From the NCBI RefSeq assembly GCF_006345805.1, contig NC_042997.1, positions 30,070,001 through 30,134,000 on the forward strand: a DNA stretch of 64,000 nt, given 5' to 3'. A model generated the notes under the pieces. The model ran no database searches and was not told the origin of the DNA. It saw nothing but the letters and a program-made list of their open reading frames with translations. This DNA comes from Octopus sinensis (lineage: Eukaryota). Of this stretch, positions 53,636-64,000 are shown in pieces. The number at the start of each line of letters is the position of its first letter. Position 1 is the stretch's first letter. A program made the position numbers and the translations under genes.

Positions 53636-55292
53636 TAATATGGAAAGCAGCAGGACCTGACGGAATTCAATGCTACTGGCTCAAGTGGTTTAAGTCAACA
53701 CACTAGAGAATTGCATTGCAATTAGACAATTGTCTACAGATCGGTGCAGTTCCGGAATGGATGGTAGAGAGAAAAGCAACATTGTTAATGAAAGATCGGT
53801 CAAAGGGCAATGAGGTTGGCTATACCGACTCATTGCTTGTCTTAACCTTCAACGGAAAGTATTGACAGGTATCCTCGCAGGGAAAATATATACGTTCCTT
53901 GCGGGAAATAATCTACTGCCAGTAGAACAAAAGGGAAGCCGAAAAAAATCCAAGCACACCAAAGACCATCTTGTGATAGACAAGGTCATCAAGAAAAACT
54001 GTAAGCGGTATCAAAAATATATATTTCTTTACTACCCATAAGGGGCTAAACACAGAGGGGACAAACAAGGACAGATAAACGGATTAAGTCGATTAGATCG
54101 ACCCCAGTGCGTAACTGGTACTTAATTTATCGATCCCGAAAGGATGAAAGACAAAGTCGACCTCGGCGGAATTTGAACTCAGAACGTAACGGCAGACGAA
54201 ATACGGCTACGAATTTCGCCCGGCGTGCTAATGTTTCTGCCAGCTCGCCGCCTGTATCAAAAATATAAAAAAACTTATGCACGGGCTGGATAGACTTCAA
54301 AAAGGCTTACGAAATGTTACCGCATTCGTGGATTTTGGAAATACTCGACATGCGTGGAATAGCTGAGAACGTATGTGTACTGATTACGAACAACATGCCT
54401 AGTTGGAAAATACGTCTTTTCTGTAATAACCAGCACTTACCCGAAGTAACAATCAAAAGAGGTATCTTCCAATGAGACTCTTGCTCACTTCTGCTATTGG
54501 TTTATAGCCTTGATCCCACTTTCTGTAGTCCTACGCAAAGTCAACACGTACTATGAGCTGAGAAAGATTGGACCTCGTTTCAGCCACCTCCCCTTCATGG
54601 ATGATTTAAAACTGTTCTCAAAAACAGAGCCTGACATGGGGAGGCTGGTTGGGACTGTGAAAATATGCAGAAAGGATTTAGAGATGGAACTCGGTTTCTA
54701 GAAGTGTGCGATGCTTACTTTGAAGCGGGGAAAAGAGTAAATTGCAGGGGCATAGAATTGCCAAACAAAGAGATTGGAAGACCCGGATGATGATGAGTAC
54801 AAGTAACTTTGGATTCTGGAGCTGGAAAATATCTTGCTCAAGAAATTAAAGACAAGCGCCTTAAAATTCTCTTGAAATCAAAACTCAACTCAAAGAACCT
54901 TGTGACAGTCATCAGCATATGGGCGGTTGCTGTAGTCCGCTATAGCCCACCCACCCTGAAATGGACACAAGCGGAGATAAACCAACTCGATCGCACTACT
55001 AGAAAGACAATGACAATTCATGGTACTCTCCAACCTAAGGCGAATGTACACAGGCTCTACATGGAGAGGGGTTAAAGTGGACACAAACTCATTAGCGTAC
55101 AGGAGTGCATCAACAGTGAAAGAAACATGGCAGAATATTTGGTAAACAGCAATCAAGTTCTGCTACATTACGCTGCTAATGCAAACGGATTTAACAAAAA
55201 ATGGACTTGTGACTGATCATGAATTCCGATCAAGAACAGCCAACGAGAGAGAAGAAACCCTACTCCGCTTGAAATTACATGTTATGTACATC
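53636..55292 (+). mobile_element. Decayed R4/Dong-like LINE reverse transcriptase, interrupted by a SINE
   Basis: WKAAGPDGI, YRLIACLNL, EQKGSRK...KDHLVIDK, WIDFKKAYEMLPHSWI, KRGIFQ*DS, SHLPFMDDLKLF, NLVTVISIWAVAVVRYS, HRLYMERG; many stops. Confidence 0.9.
54022..54253 (-). mobile_element. SINE family B nested in the LINE, 14-bp TSD
   Basis: GTATCAAAAATATA at 54008-54021 and 54254-54267; the LINE frame resumes after it. Confidence 0.95.
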
Positions 55293-55549
55293 TAAAATGC
55301 TTTTAAATGTACATAACAGCTAACGTCTTTTAGTGTCATTTTAACATCAGACTGTCACCTTATAATCAAATTACTTTTAAAACAATTTTCTAATTTACTA
55401 ATGTTTTGACAGACATTCTCGGGAACAATACTGTTTAAAACCAAATATATGACACCCTAGTCATAACACCAGTTTCTAACCTGTTATCTCTTGAGGTCTA
55501 TGGATGAGACTTGGAGTCAACTTGTACAAATACAAAACAAAAGCCAAAC

Positions 55550-55583
<34 letters not shown>

Positions 55584-55584
55584 T

Positions 55585-55782
55585 CTTTCTGCTATAGGCT
55601 CAAAGCCTGAAATTTGGCGGGAGGGGACTAGTCGAGTACATCTACCCCAGTACTCAACTAGTGCTCATTTTATCGACCCCGAAAGGCAAAGTCAACCTTG
55701 GCGGAATTTGAACTCAGAACTTAAAGACGTACGAAATACCGCTCAACCTTTTGCCAGGTGTGCTAATGATTCTGCCAGCTCA
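55585..55782 (-). mobile_element. SINE B, tail B type
   Basis: Head and core plus CCCCTCCCGCCAAATTTCAGGC tail on the minus strand. Confidence 0.75.
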
Positions 55783-55939
55783 CAATAATGATAATGATAA
55801 TAATTTTTATTCAGGCACAATACTTTTGAGTATCCATTTACGTATTTAGGTCTACATTCTATGGTTTCCAAATGTAAGTAGCAGTTGTAACAGCAGCACA
55901 AGCAGCAGAAACAGCAGCAGAAACAACACCAGCAGCAAT

Positions 55940-55966
55940 AGTAGTAGTAGTAGTAGTAGTAGTAGC

Positions 55967-56027
<61 letters not shown>

Positions 56028-56028
56028 T

Positions 56029-56063
<35 letters not shown>

Positions 56064-56104
56064 GTGTTGGTGGTGTTAGTGTAGTAGTAGTAGTAGTAGT
56101 GTTG

Positions 56105-56139
<35 letters not shown>

Positions 56140-56151
56140 GTGTTGGTGGTG

Positions 56152-56187
<36 letters not shown>

Positions 56188-56244
56188 GTGTTGGTGGTGG
56201 TGGTAGTGGTAGTAGTAGTAGTAGTGGTGGTGGTGGTGGTGGTG

Positions 56245-56305
<61 letters not shown>
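55940..56305 (+). repeat. (GTA)n/(GTG)n microsatellite
   Basis: Directly visible. Confidence 0.95.
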
Positions 56306-56306
<1 letters not shown>

Positions 56307-56718
56307 TGAAGAAGCTCCAATATATCTTTACTGATATGAAACTAAGTACTTGAATGAAGTTTCTTTGCTTAGCCTATCGAAGTGTATCGCCAAACAAAGC
56401 AGATAATGATTCACGTTGAGTCAGAAATACATTGATAATTGAGATAATTCCTTACGTAAGTACACACACACACACACACATACACACACACACACACACA
56501 CACGCACACACACACATACACATACACATACACACACTAACCAGATTAGCGATATGAAACGCATTCCGGAAAGTCCGAAACTCGAGTACTAGGTTATCCA
56601 TTCTAAGTTGTCCATTTCTCAGGCGTTCTTCTCAGGGTTAAGATGAAATATTTTTTATGTTCGCCGCCCACACACATCTTTGCCTCTATACATTCAGTGA
56701 AGCTTTACATAGCATCGT

Positions 56719-57102
56719 GGAGGCGCAATGGCCCAGTGGTTAGGGCAGCGGACTCGCGGTCATAGGATCGCGGTTTCGATTCCCAGACCGGGCGTTGTGA
56801 GTGTTTATTGAGCGAAAACACCTAAAAGCTCCACGAGGCTCCGGCAGGGGATGGTGGTGATCCCTGCTGTACTCTTTCACCACAACTTTCTCTCACTCTT
56901 ACTTCCTGTTTCTGTTGTACCTGTATTTCAAGGGGCCAGCTTTGTCACTCTCTGTGTCACGCTGAATATCCCCGAGAACTACGTTAAGGGTGCACGTGTC
57001 TGTGGAGTGCTCAGCCACTTACACGTTAATTTCACGAGGAGGCTGTTCCGTTGATTCGGATCAACCGGAACCCTCATCGTCGTAACCGACGGAGTGCTTC
57101 CT
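56719..57102 (+). mobile_element. tRNA-derived SINE family A, full length, 11-bp TSD
   Basis: CATAGCATCGT at 56708-56718 and 57103-57113; A and B boxes in the head. Confidence 0.92.
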
Positions 57103-57469
57103 CATAGCATCGTACAGTTATCGACTGCTATTTCCGGCAAACATTGGTGCCTTGTTGCGCAACTATTTCCTATTTGTAATAAGTTCGATTAGTGGTAAAA
57201 TAAGCCTCATTAACGGATAATAACATCCAATGAATGTACTGGTTTCTTACCTATTATTTATTTTGCATATCAGATTTAATATTCAAAAAAACAGGTAATC
57301 AAAAATAAACCGAGATTTATTTTTATTTAAGAAAAATGAGAAATGCTCCGTACATTTAACACATCAGAACATAAAAGTTTAACAGCTGTCAGAGATTATC
57401 GCTATTTTTGTAATTAATAAATATAATTTTTAATTGATTTATCTTTATTTTCTTATTTTATATATGTAT

Positions 57470-57470
57470 A

Positions 57471-57506
<36 letters not shown>

Positions 57507-58137
57507 TGTATGTATGTATGTATGTATGTATGTATGTTTGTATGTATGCATGTACGTATGTATGTATGTACGTATGTATGTATGTATGTATGCATGCATG
57601 TATGTATGTATGTATATATGTATGTATGTATGTATGCATGTATGTATGTATGTATGTGTGTATGTGTGTATGCATGTATGTATGTATGCATGTATGTATG
57701 TATGTATGTATGTATGTGTATATGTATGTATGCATGCATGTATGTATGTATGTATGCATGCATGTATGTATGTATGTATGCATGTATGTATGTATGTATG
57801 TATGCAGGTATGTATGTATGCATGTATTTATGTATGCATGTATGTATGTATGTATGTATGTATGTATGTTGTATGTATGTATGTGTGTGTGTATGTATGC
57901 ATGCATGTATGTATGTATGTATGTATGCATGCATGTATGTATGTATGTATGCATGTATGTATCTATGTATGCATGTATGTATGTATGCATGTATGTATGT
58001 ATGCATGTATGTATGTATGTATGTATGTATGCATGCATGTATGTATGTATGTATGTATGTATGTATGTATGCATGCATGCATGTATGTATGTATGTATGT
58101 ATGTATGTATGTATGTATGTATGTATGTATGCATGAT
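57470..58137 (+). repeat. ~670-bp (TATG)n/(CATG) microsatellite
   Basis: Directly visible. Confidence 0.97.
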
Positions 58138-58535
58138 GAGTGTTCATTTATAGTAAAAGCAAATGGATCGTAGACGGTTTTCACGATACCGATTCGGCTT
58201 CCTGATAACTTAATTATTATCATATTAAGGGCTGAACATTTGAGGGTCACGTGCGCATTTGACATATTTTCAGACAGAGTCAACGTGATACATTCCGTAA
58301 CTGACAAGGCTGTACTTTTGATACTTTTGAACAACAATCCATCGAACGATGTTTCTGCTTACCTAGAATGCATCAGACGTCCTTGTGTCCTTCAAAGCCA
58401 AGGGAAAAGACACGTGCCCAAGGTGCCATGCAGAGGAAACAGGCATGGAATCGCTTAATTGCGAAGCGAATTTCTCGACCATTCTGTGATGCTGCGTCGA
58501 CACCATTGTACTCACGTAACACATACACATATACA

Positions 58536-58827
58536 AATTAATTGGCATTCCTTCGATACAAATCGACAAAATCAAAACATTTCACTTCGGGTATTTCCGT
58601 GGGTTTCGAGTATAGATATAACGAAATTATGCCAGCAATGTCTCATTTTAACTTGAAGAAAAAAAGAAACTTGCATATTTGTTCTTACCTGTTTCATGTG
58701 TGTATGTAAAATCCGCAAATTTCAAAGAAGAAGAAAACAGGATCGAACTGTCATTTGCATCCACGGAAATACCCGGAGTGAAATGCTTTGATTTTGTCAA
58801 GTTATATCGAAGAAATGCCAATTAATT
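58536..58827. mobile_element. MITE-like element with ~65-bp imperfect TIRs
   Basis: AATTAATTGGCATTCCTTCGATA...GGTATTTCCGTGG versus CCACGGAAATACC...TCGAAGAAATGCCAATTAATT. Confidence 0.65.
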
Positions 58828-59375
58828 ATACTTACACATTTGCATATACAATCAATACGTATATCTATATATTCAAAACTTATTTGGAGTTATCCTACTC
58901 AAATATGTGAGTATGTGTCTGATTCAGGGTCAACTGTACGATTGTTAAAATTGGAAAGATGAGAAGAAAGTCAATCAGAGATGCAGAGACAAAGAGAGAA
59001 GAGAGAGAGACAGAAACAGGCATACATGCAAGACAAGCAGGTATATAAGCAGACAGGCAAGTAAGCAAGCAGGCAAAGTAGATTGGTATAGTGAGCCAGA
59101 GATGGGAGAAAGAGAAATAGACAGGCAAGACAAAGTATCAGGAAAGAAAGAGATTAAAAATACTTTTCTGAACTGGCTGACCTGAGGGGAAGACTATTGT
59201 ATTGACAAGTAATTTATCAACCAAATGGCCACAGTCACTCAATGTGTTATGACGAGTACATGTATATATATATATATATAATATATATATATATATACAT
59301 ATAAATATTTCCTGTACTTACCTCTCGTGTGTTTACGTATTTTTCACTCGTTGGTGATATTCTGTACTTAATGTG

Positions 59376-59451
<76 letters not shown>

Positions 59452-59788
59452 ATATATATACATATACACACATATATATATGCAATATATATACATATAT
59501 ATATATACATATATATATATATAGCAATTAAGGACAACTACTTAATAAGGAAAACTTAACAAGAAATTGTCAGGTAGATAGCGTAAAAACCTCATAAGAG
59601 AAAAAATTTCGAAAATAATTATTTCTTATTGAACATATTAATTTATATATAGAGGGCATTATACATACATGCCAGGAGGCATTCTACATACACGCCATAC
59701 GCTAAGAGGGACAATCAGTCATTTCTACCAAAAATATTACTAATCCCACCGAATGCAATTTTTCAAAGAAAGACATTTAAAAATATAT

Positions 59789-59836
59789 AGACCTGTATCA
59801 CAGTGATTTCATACTTACGTAATCATCAGCAGGCCT
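59789..59836 (-). ncRNA. Minimal type I hammerhead ribozyme motif (copy 1 of 6)
   Basis: Reverse complement of the motif at 61164-61211. Confidence 0.7.
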
Positions 59837-60268
59837 GAATATACTATAAATAAACAACGACCCCGCTTCGCTTAAGCCGATCAGCTAACTGATCAACATC
59901 AACGAGGCACATGGTTGAGTTTATATATACTATATCCGGATGAATGGCAAACTTTTACGAATTGCATTTCGGGAGAGGAAAAGTTTTTTCGGAATAAAAA
60001 TTTAGCAATTAAGGACAACTACTTAATAAGGAAAACTTAACAAGAAATTGTCAGGTAGATAGCGTAAAAACCTCATAAGAGAAAAAATTTCGAAAATAAT
60101 TATTTCTTATTGAACATATTAATTTATATATAGAGGGCATTATACATACATGCCAGGAGGCATTCTACATACACGCCATACGCTAAGAGGGACAATCAGT
60201 CATTTCTACCAAAAATATTACTAATCCACCGAATGCAATTTTTCAAAGAAAGACATTTAAAAATATAT

Positions 60269-60316
60269 AGACCTGTATCACAGTGATTTCATACTTACGT
60301 AATCATCAGCAGGCCT
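60269..60316 (-). ncRNA. Minimal type I hammerhead ribozyme motif (copy 2 of 6)
   Basis: Identical motif. Confidence 0.7.
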
Positions 60317-60748
60317 GAATATACTATAATAAACAACGACCCCGCTTCGCTTAAGCCGATCAGCTAACTGATCAACATCAACGAGGCACATGGTTGAGTT
60401 TATATATACTATATCCGGATGAATGGCAAACTTTTACGAATTGCATTTCGGGAGAGGAAAAGTTTTTTCGGAATAAAAATTTAGCAATTAAGGACAACTA
60501 CTTAATAAGGAAAACTTAACAAGAAATTGTCAGGTAGATAGCGTAAAAACCTCATAAGAGAAAAAATTTCGAAAATAATTATTTCTTATTGAACATATTA
60601 ATTTATATATAGAGGGCATTATACATACATGCCAGGAGGCATTCTACATACACGCCATACGCTAAGAGGGACAATCAGTCATTTCTACCAAAAATATTAC
60701 TAATCCCACCGAATGCAATTTTTCAAAGAAAGACATTTAAAAATATAT

Positions 60749-60796
60749 AGACCTGTATCACAGTGATTTCATACTTACGTAATCATCAGCAGGCCT
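60749..60796 (-). ncRNA. Minimal type I hammerhead ribozyme motif (copy 3 of 6)
   Basis: Identical motif. Confidence 0.7.
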
Positions 60797-61163
60797 GAAT
60801 ATACTATAAATAAACAACGACCCCGCTTCGCTTAAGCCGATCAGCTAACTGATCAACATCAACGAGGCACATATAAATTAATATGTTCAATAAGAAATAA
60901 TTATTTTCGAAATTTTTTCTCTTATGAGGTTTTTACGCTATCTACCTGACAATTTCTTGTTAAGTTTTCCTTATTAAGTAGTTGTCCTTAATTGCTAAAT
61001 TTTTATTCCGAAAAAACTTTTCCTCTCCCGAAATGCAATTCGTAAAAGTTTGCCATTCATCCGGATATAGTATATATAAACTCAACCATGTGCCTCGTTG
61101 ATGTTGATCAGTTAGCTGATCGGCTTAAGCGAAGCGGGGTCGTTGTTTATTTATAGTATATTC

Positions 61164-61211
61164 AGGCCTGCTGATGATTACGTAAGTATGAAATCACTGT
61201 GATACAGGTCT
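61164..61211 (+). ncRNA. Minimal type I hammerhead ribozyme motif (copy 4 of 6)
   Basis: Stem I AGGCCTG/CAGGTCT (7 bp, one G-U); core CTGATGA; stem II T-TAC-GTAA-GTA-T; GAAA; stem III ATCA-CTG-TGAT; AUA triplet, predicted cleavage after 61204. Confidence 0.72.
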
Positions 61212-61643
61212 ATATATTTTTAAATGTCTTTCTTTGAAAAATTGCATTCGGTGGGATTAGTAATATTTTTGGTAGAAATGACTGATTGTCCCTCTTAGCG
61301 TATGGCGTGTATGTAGAATGCCTCCTGGCATGTATGTATAATGCCCTCTATATATAATTAATATGTTCAATAAGAAATAATTATTTTCGAAATTTTTTCT
61401 CTTATGAGGTTTTTACGCTATCTACCTGACAATTTCTTGTTAAGTTTTCCTTATTAAGTAGTTGTCCTTAATTGCTAAATTTTTATTCCGAAAAAACTTT
61501 TCCTCTCCCGAAATGCAATTCGTAAAAGTTTGCCATTCATCCGGATATAGTATATATAAACTCAACCATGTGCCTCGTTGATGTTGATCAGTTAGCTGAT
61601 CGGCTTAAGCGAAGCGGGGTCGTTGTTTATTTATAGTATATTC

Positions 61644-61691
61644 AGGCCTGCTGATGATTACGTAAGTATGAAATCACTGTGATACAGGTCT
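61644..61691 (+). ncRNA. Minimal type I hammerhead ribozyme motif (copy 5 of 6)
   Basis: Identical motif. Confidence 0.7.
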
Positions 61692-62124
61692 ATATATTTT
61701 TAAATGTCTTTCTTTGAAAAATTGCATTCGGTGGGATTAGTAATATTTTTGGTAGAAATGACTGATTGTCCCTCTTAGCGTATGGCGTGTATGTAGAATG
61801 CCTCCTGGCATGTATGTATAATGCCCTCTATATATAAATTAATATGTTCAATAAGAAATAATTATTTTCGAAATTTTTTCTCTTATGAGGTTTTTACGCT
61901 ATCTACCTGACAATTTCTTGTTAAGTTTTCCTTATTAAGTAGTTGTCCTTAATTGCTAAATTTTTATTCCGAAAAAACTTTTCCTCTCCCGAAATGCAAT
62001 TCGTAAAAGTTTGCCATTCATCCGGATATAGTATATATAAACTCAACCATGTGCCTCGTTGATGTTGATCAGTTAGCTGATCGGCTTAAGCGAAGCGGGG
62101 TCGTTGTTTATTTATAGTATATTC

Positions 62125-62172
62125 AGGCCTGCTGATGATTACGTAAGTATGAAATCACTGTGATACAGGTCT
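62125..62172 (+). ncRNA. Minimal type I hammerhead ribozyme motif (copy 6 of 6)
   Basis: Identical motif. Confidence 0.7.
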
Positions 62173-62826
62173 ATATATTTTTAAATGTCTTTCTTTGAAA
62201 AATTGCATTCGGTGGGATTAGTAATATTTTTGGTAGAAATGACTGATTGTCCCTCTTAGCGTATGGCGTGTATGTAGAATGCCTCCTGGCATGTATGTAT
62301 AATGCCCTCTATATATAAATTAATATATATATATATATATATGTACATATATATATATATATTTTGCCCCCTTCGCCGTCCACAGAAATAGCGTTCGTAA
62401 TACTTTTTTTCGTTCGGCTTAACAGCCCTTCTTGTCTTGTTATTTTCCTTGTCCTGTCTTTTACTGCTTATATTTTGTACTGTCGTTACTGTCCTGTTTG
62501 TGTTACCATTTTTACCCCTCTGCAAAACGATCTCAAATTTTATTTGATTTGTGTTTCGCAGGAAGGAAAGTTTCTATCGAAGATACATCTCGCCTTCACC
62601 TTCGAAACGTAGAGTAGATGAAGCTATGGCGACTGAAGAAGAGGTTTTTTCTTTGTGTTATTTGCCCTGTACACTATTTTTTTGTTGTTTAAGAAAAATG
62701 TCCAGTTCCTTGGGTTTGTGTCTATGTTTTCGTTTCTCATTGTGTTCGACGTTTTTTGGTGTCCTGTACTCATATATGCGTGTATATATACATGTAGAGG
62801 TAGGTACGTACATATTCTCTTTTATT

Positions 62827-63217
62827 CTCTTTTACTTGTTTCAGTCATTTGACTGCGGCCATGCTGGAGCACCGCCTTTAATCGAGCAACTCGACCCCGG
62901 GACTTATTCTTTGTAAGCCCAGTACTTATTCTATCGGTCTCTTTTTTGCCGAACCGCTAAGTGACGGGGACGTAAACACACCAGCATCGGTTGTCAAGCA
63001 ATGCTAGGGGGACAAACACAGACACACAAACACACACACATATATATATACATATTACGACAGGCTTCTTTCGGTTTCCGTCTACCAAATCCACTCACAA
63101 GGCATTGGTCGGCCCGGGGCTATAGCAGAAGACACTTGCCCAAGGTGCCACGCAGTAGGACTGAACCCGGAACCATGTGGCTGGTTAGCAAGCTACTTAC
63201 CACACAGCCACTCCTGT
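62827..63217 (-). mobile_element. SINE family C
   Basis: Full-length match. Confidence 0.9.
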
Positions 63218-63299
63218 GTCTGTATATATGTATATATATATGCATATGTTTTATTTATTAATATATTATATTATATATATATATATATATTATATAATA

Positions 63300-63339
<40 letters not shown>

Positions 63340-63367
63340 TTATTTATTTATTTATTATTCATTTACA

Positions 63368-63422
63368 GCTGGGAGTTGTGGCGTGCTCCTGTAATCCAGC
63401 TACTCGGAGGCTTGACTGGTTG
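63368..63422 (+). pseudogene. 7SL (SRP) RNA-like 5' Alu-domain fragment
   Basis: GCTGGGAGTTGTGGCGTGCTCCTGTAATCCAGCTACTCGGAGGCT aligns with the conserved 7SL 5' end (human GCCGGGCGCGGTGGCGCGTGCCTGTAGTCCCAGCTACTCGGGAGGCT); followed by an A/T-rich stretch. Confidence 0.65.
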
Positions 63423-63457
63423 AAATATAAATAAATTGTAAATATATAAATATATAT

Positions 63458-63790
63458 GTAGGACAAGATAATGTGATAGCCTGGGCTTCCGAGGCCCACA
63501 GCTCTTCAATATCCTCCCAAAGAACCTTAGAGACCTGCATTGGGTGGATGCAGATGTCTTTAAAATGAAACTGGATCTCTTCTTGTCAGGTATCCCAGAT
63601 GAACCAACTTCACGGCAGGAGGTGCAGATGAGGGCAGCTGCATCGAACTCTCTCATGCACCAAATGGCAATTGCTAAAAAGCATTCGTGAAGTAAAATCA
63701 TGTAGCAACACCAAATGGCGGTGCCCCAGCATGGCCACAGCTTGTGAGCTGAAAGTAGATAAATAAAAAGAATAATAAATAAATAAAAAT
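63458..63790 (+). mobile_element. 3' end of a CR1/L2-group LINE
   Basis: Homologous to ~22215-22490; SLGFRGPQLFNILPKNLRDLH...LDLFLSGIPDEP; A-rich tail. Confidence 0.85.
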
Positions 63791-63849
63791 ATGTATATAG
63801 TCATCCAACGTTCTAACTAACTTATTATTCTAAATATACTTAGCGGCAT

Positions 63850-63980
63850 TTCATCCGTACTTACGTTCACAATTCAAATTTCGCCGAGGTCGACTTTGCC
63901 TTTCATCCTTTCGAGGTCGATGTAATCGACTACCCACCTCCCTCAAATTTCAGGCCTTATGCTAATAGAAGAAAGGATTA
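63850..63980 (+). mobile_element. Truncated SINE B, tail B type
   Basis: CGCCGAGGTCGACTTTGCCTTTCATCC...CCCTCAAATTTCAGGCCTT. Confidence 0.75.
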
Positions 63981-64000
63981 TCATCCATACAATTTACTTT

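Larger units (their letters stand above)
59522..62326. repeat. Head-to-head pair of tandem arrays of a ~481-bp hammerhead-containing unit (retrozyme-like)
   Basis: Left arm units start at 59522, 60003, 60482 (third cut at 60872); inverted arm units start at 60871, 61352, 61832 and end at 62326; units differ only by 1-bp indels; (TA)n on both flanks. Confidence 0.95.

Noticed and set aside
57434-58173. 216-239 aa ORFs on both strands
   Set aside because: Stop-free translations of (TATG)n.
59522-62326. CRISPR array or coding repeat interpretation
   Set aside because: No unique spacers, units are 481 bp and identical, no ORF, eukaryotic context.
62570-62620. TCGAAGA...GAAACGTA hammerhead-like relic beside the array
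   Set aside because: Core altered and stems I and II do not pair convincingly.

Overview
AT-rich eukaryotic, non-genic DNA saturated with microsatellites and transposon debris. The SINE repertoire and repeat style look like an octopus or other coleoid genome (inference from recalled similarity, not a database search). No protein-coding host gene is confidently supported; almost all ORF-track entries are microsatellite translations. Contents: four tRNA-derived SINE types (several with clean TSDs), CR1-like and R4/Dong-like LINE relics, Penelope-like GIY-YIG relics, decayed MULE, Merlin/IS1595 and THAP+Harbinger/ISL2EU transposases, several MITE-like hairpins, a 7SL-like 5' fragment, a 100-N gap flanked by a probable false duplication, and a (TA)n-centred fold-back duplication. 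The most striking structure is 59522-62326: a head-to-head pair of tandem arrays of a ~481-bp non-coding unit. Each unit carries a minimal type I hammerhead ribozyme fold (6 copies), and both array ends run into (TA)n. This is the architecture expected of a retrozyme-like or Penelope-mobilised self-cleaving (possibly circular) RNA. Further hammerhead-like motifs lie downstream of a Penelope endonuclease relic (18609-18654) and in a twice-repeated ~190-bp element (25.1 kb, 33.5 kb).
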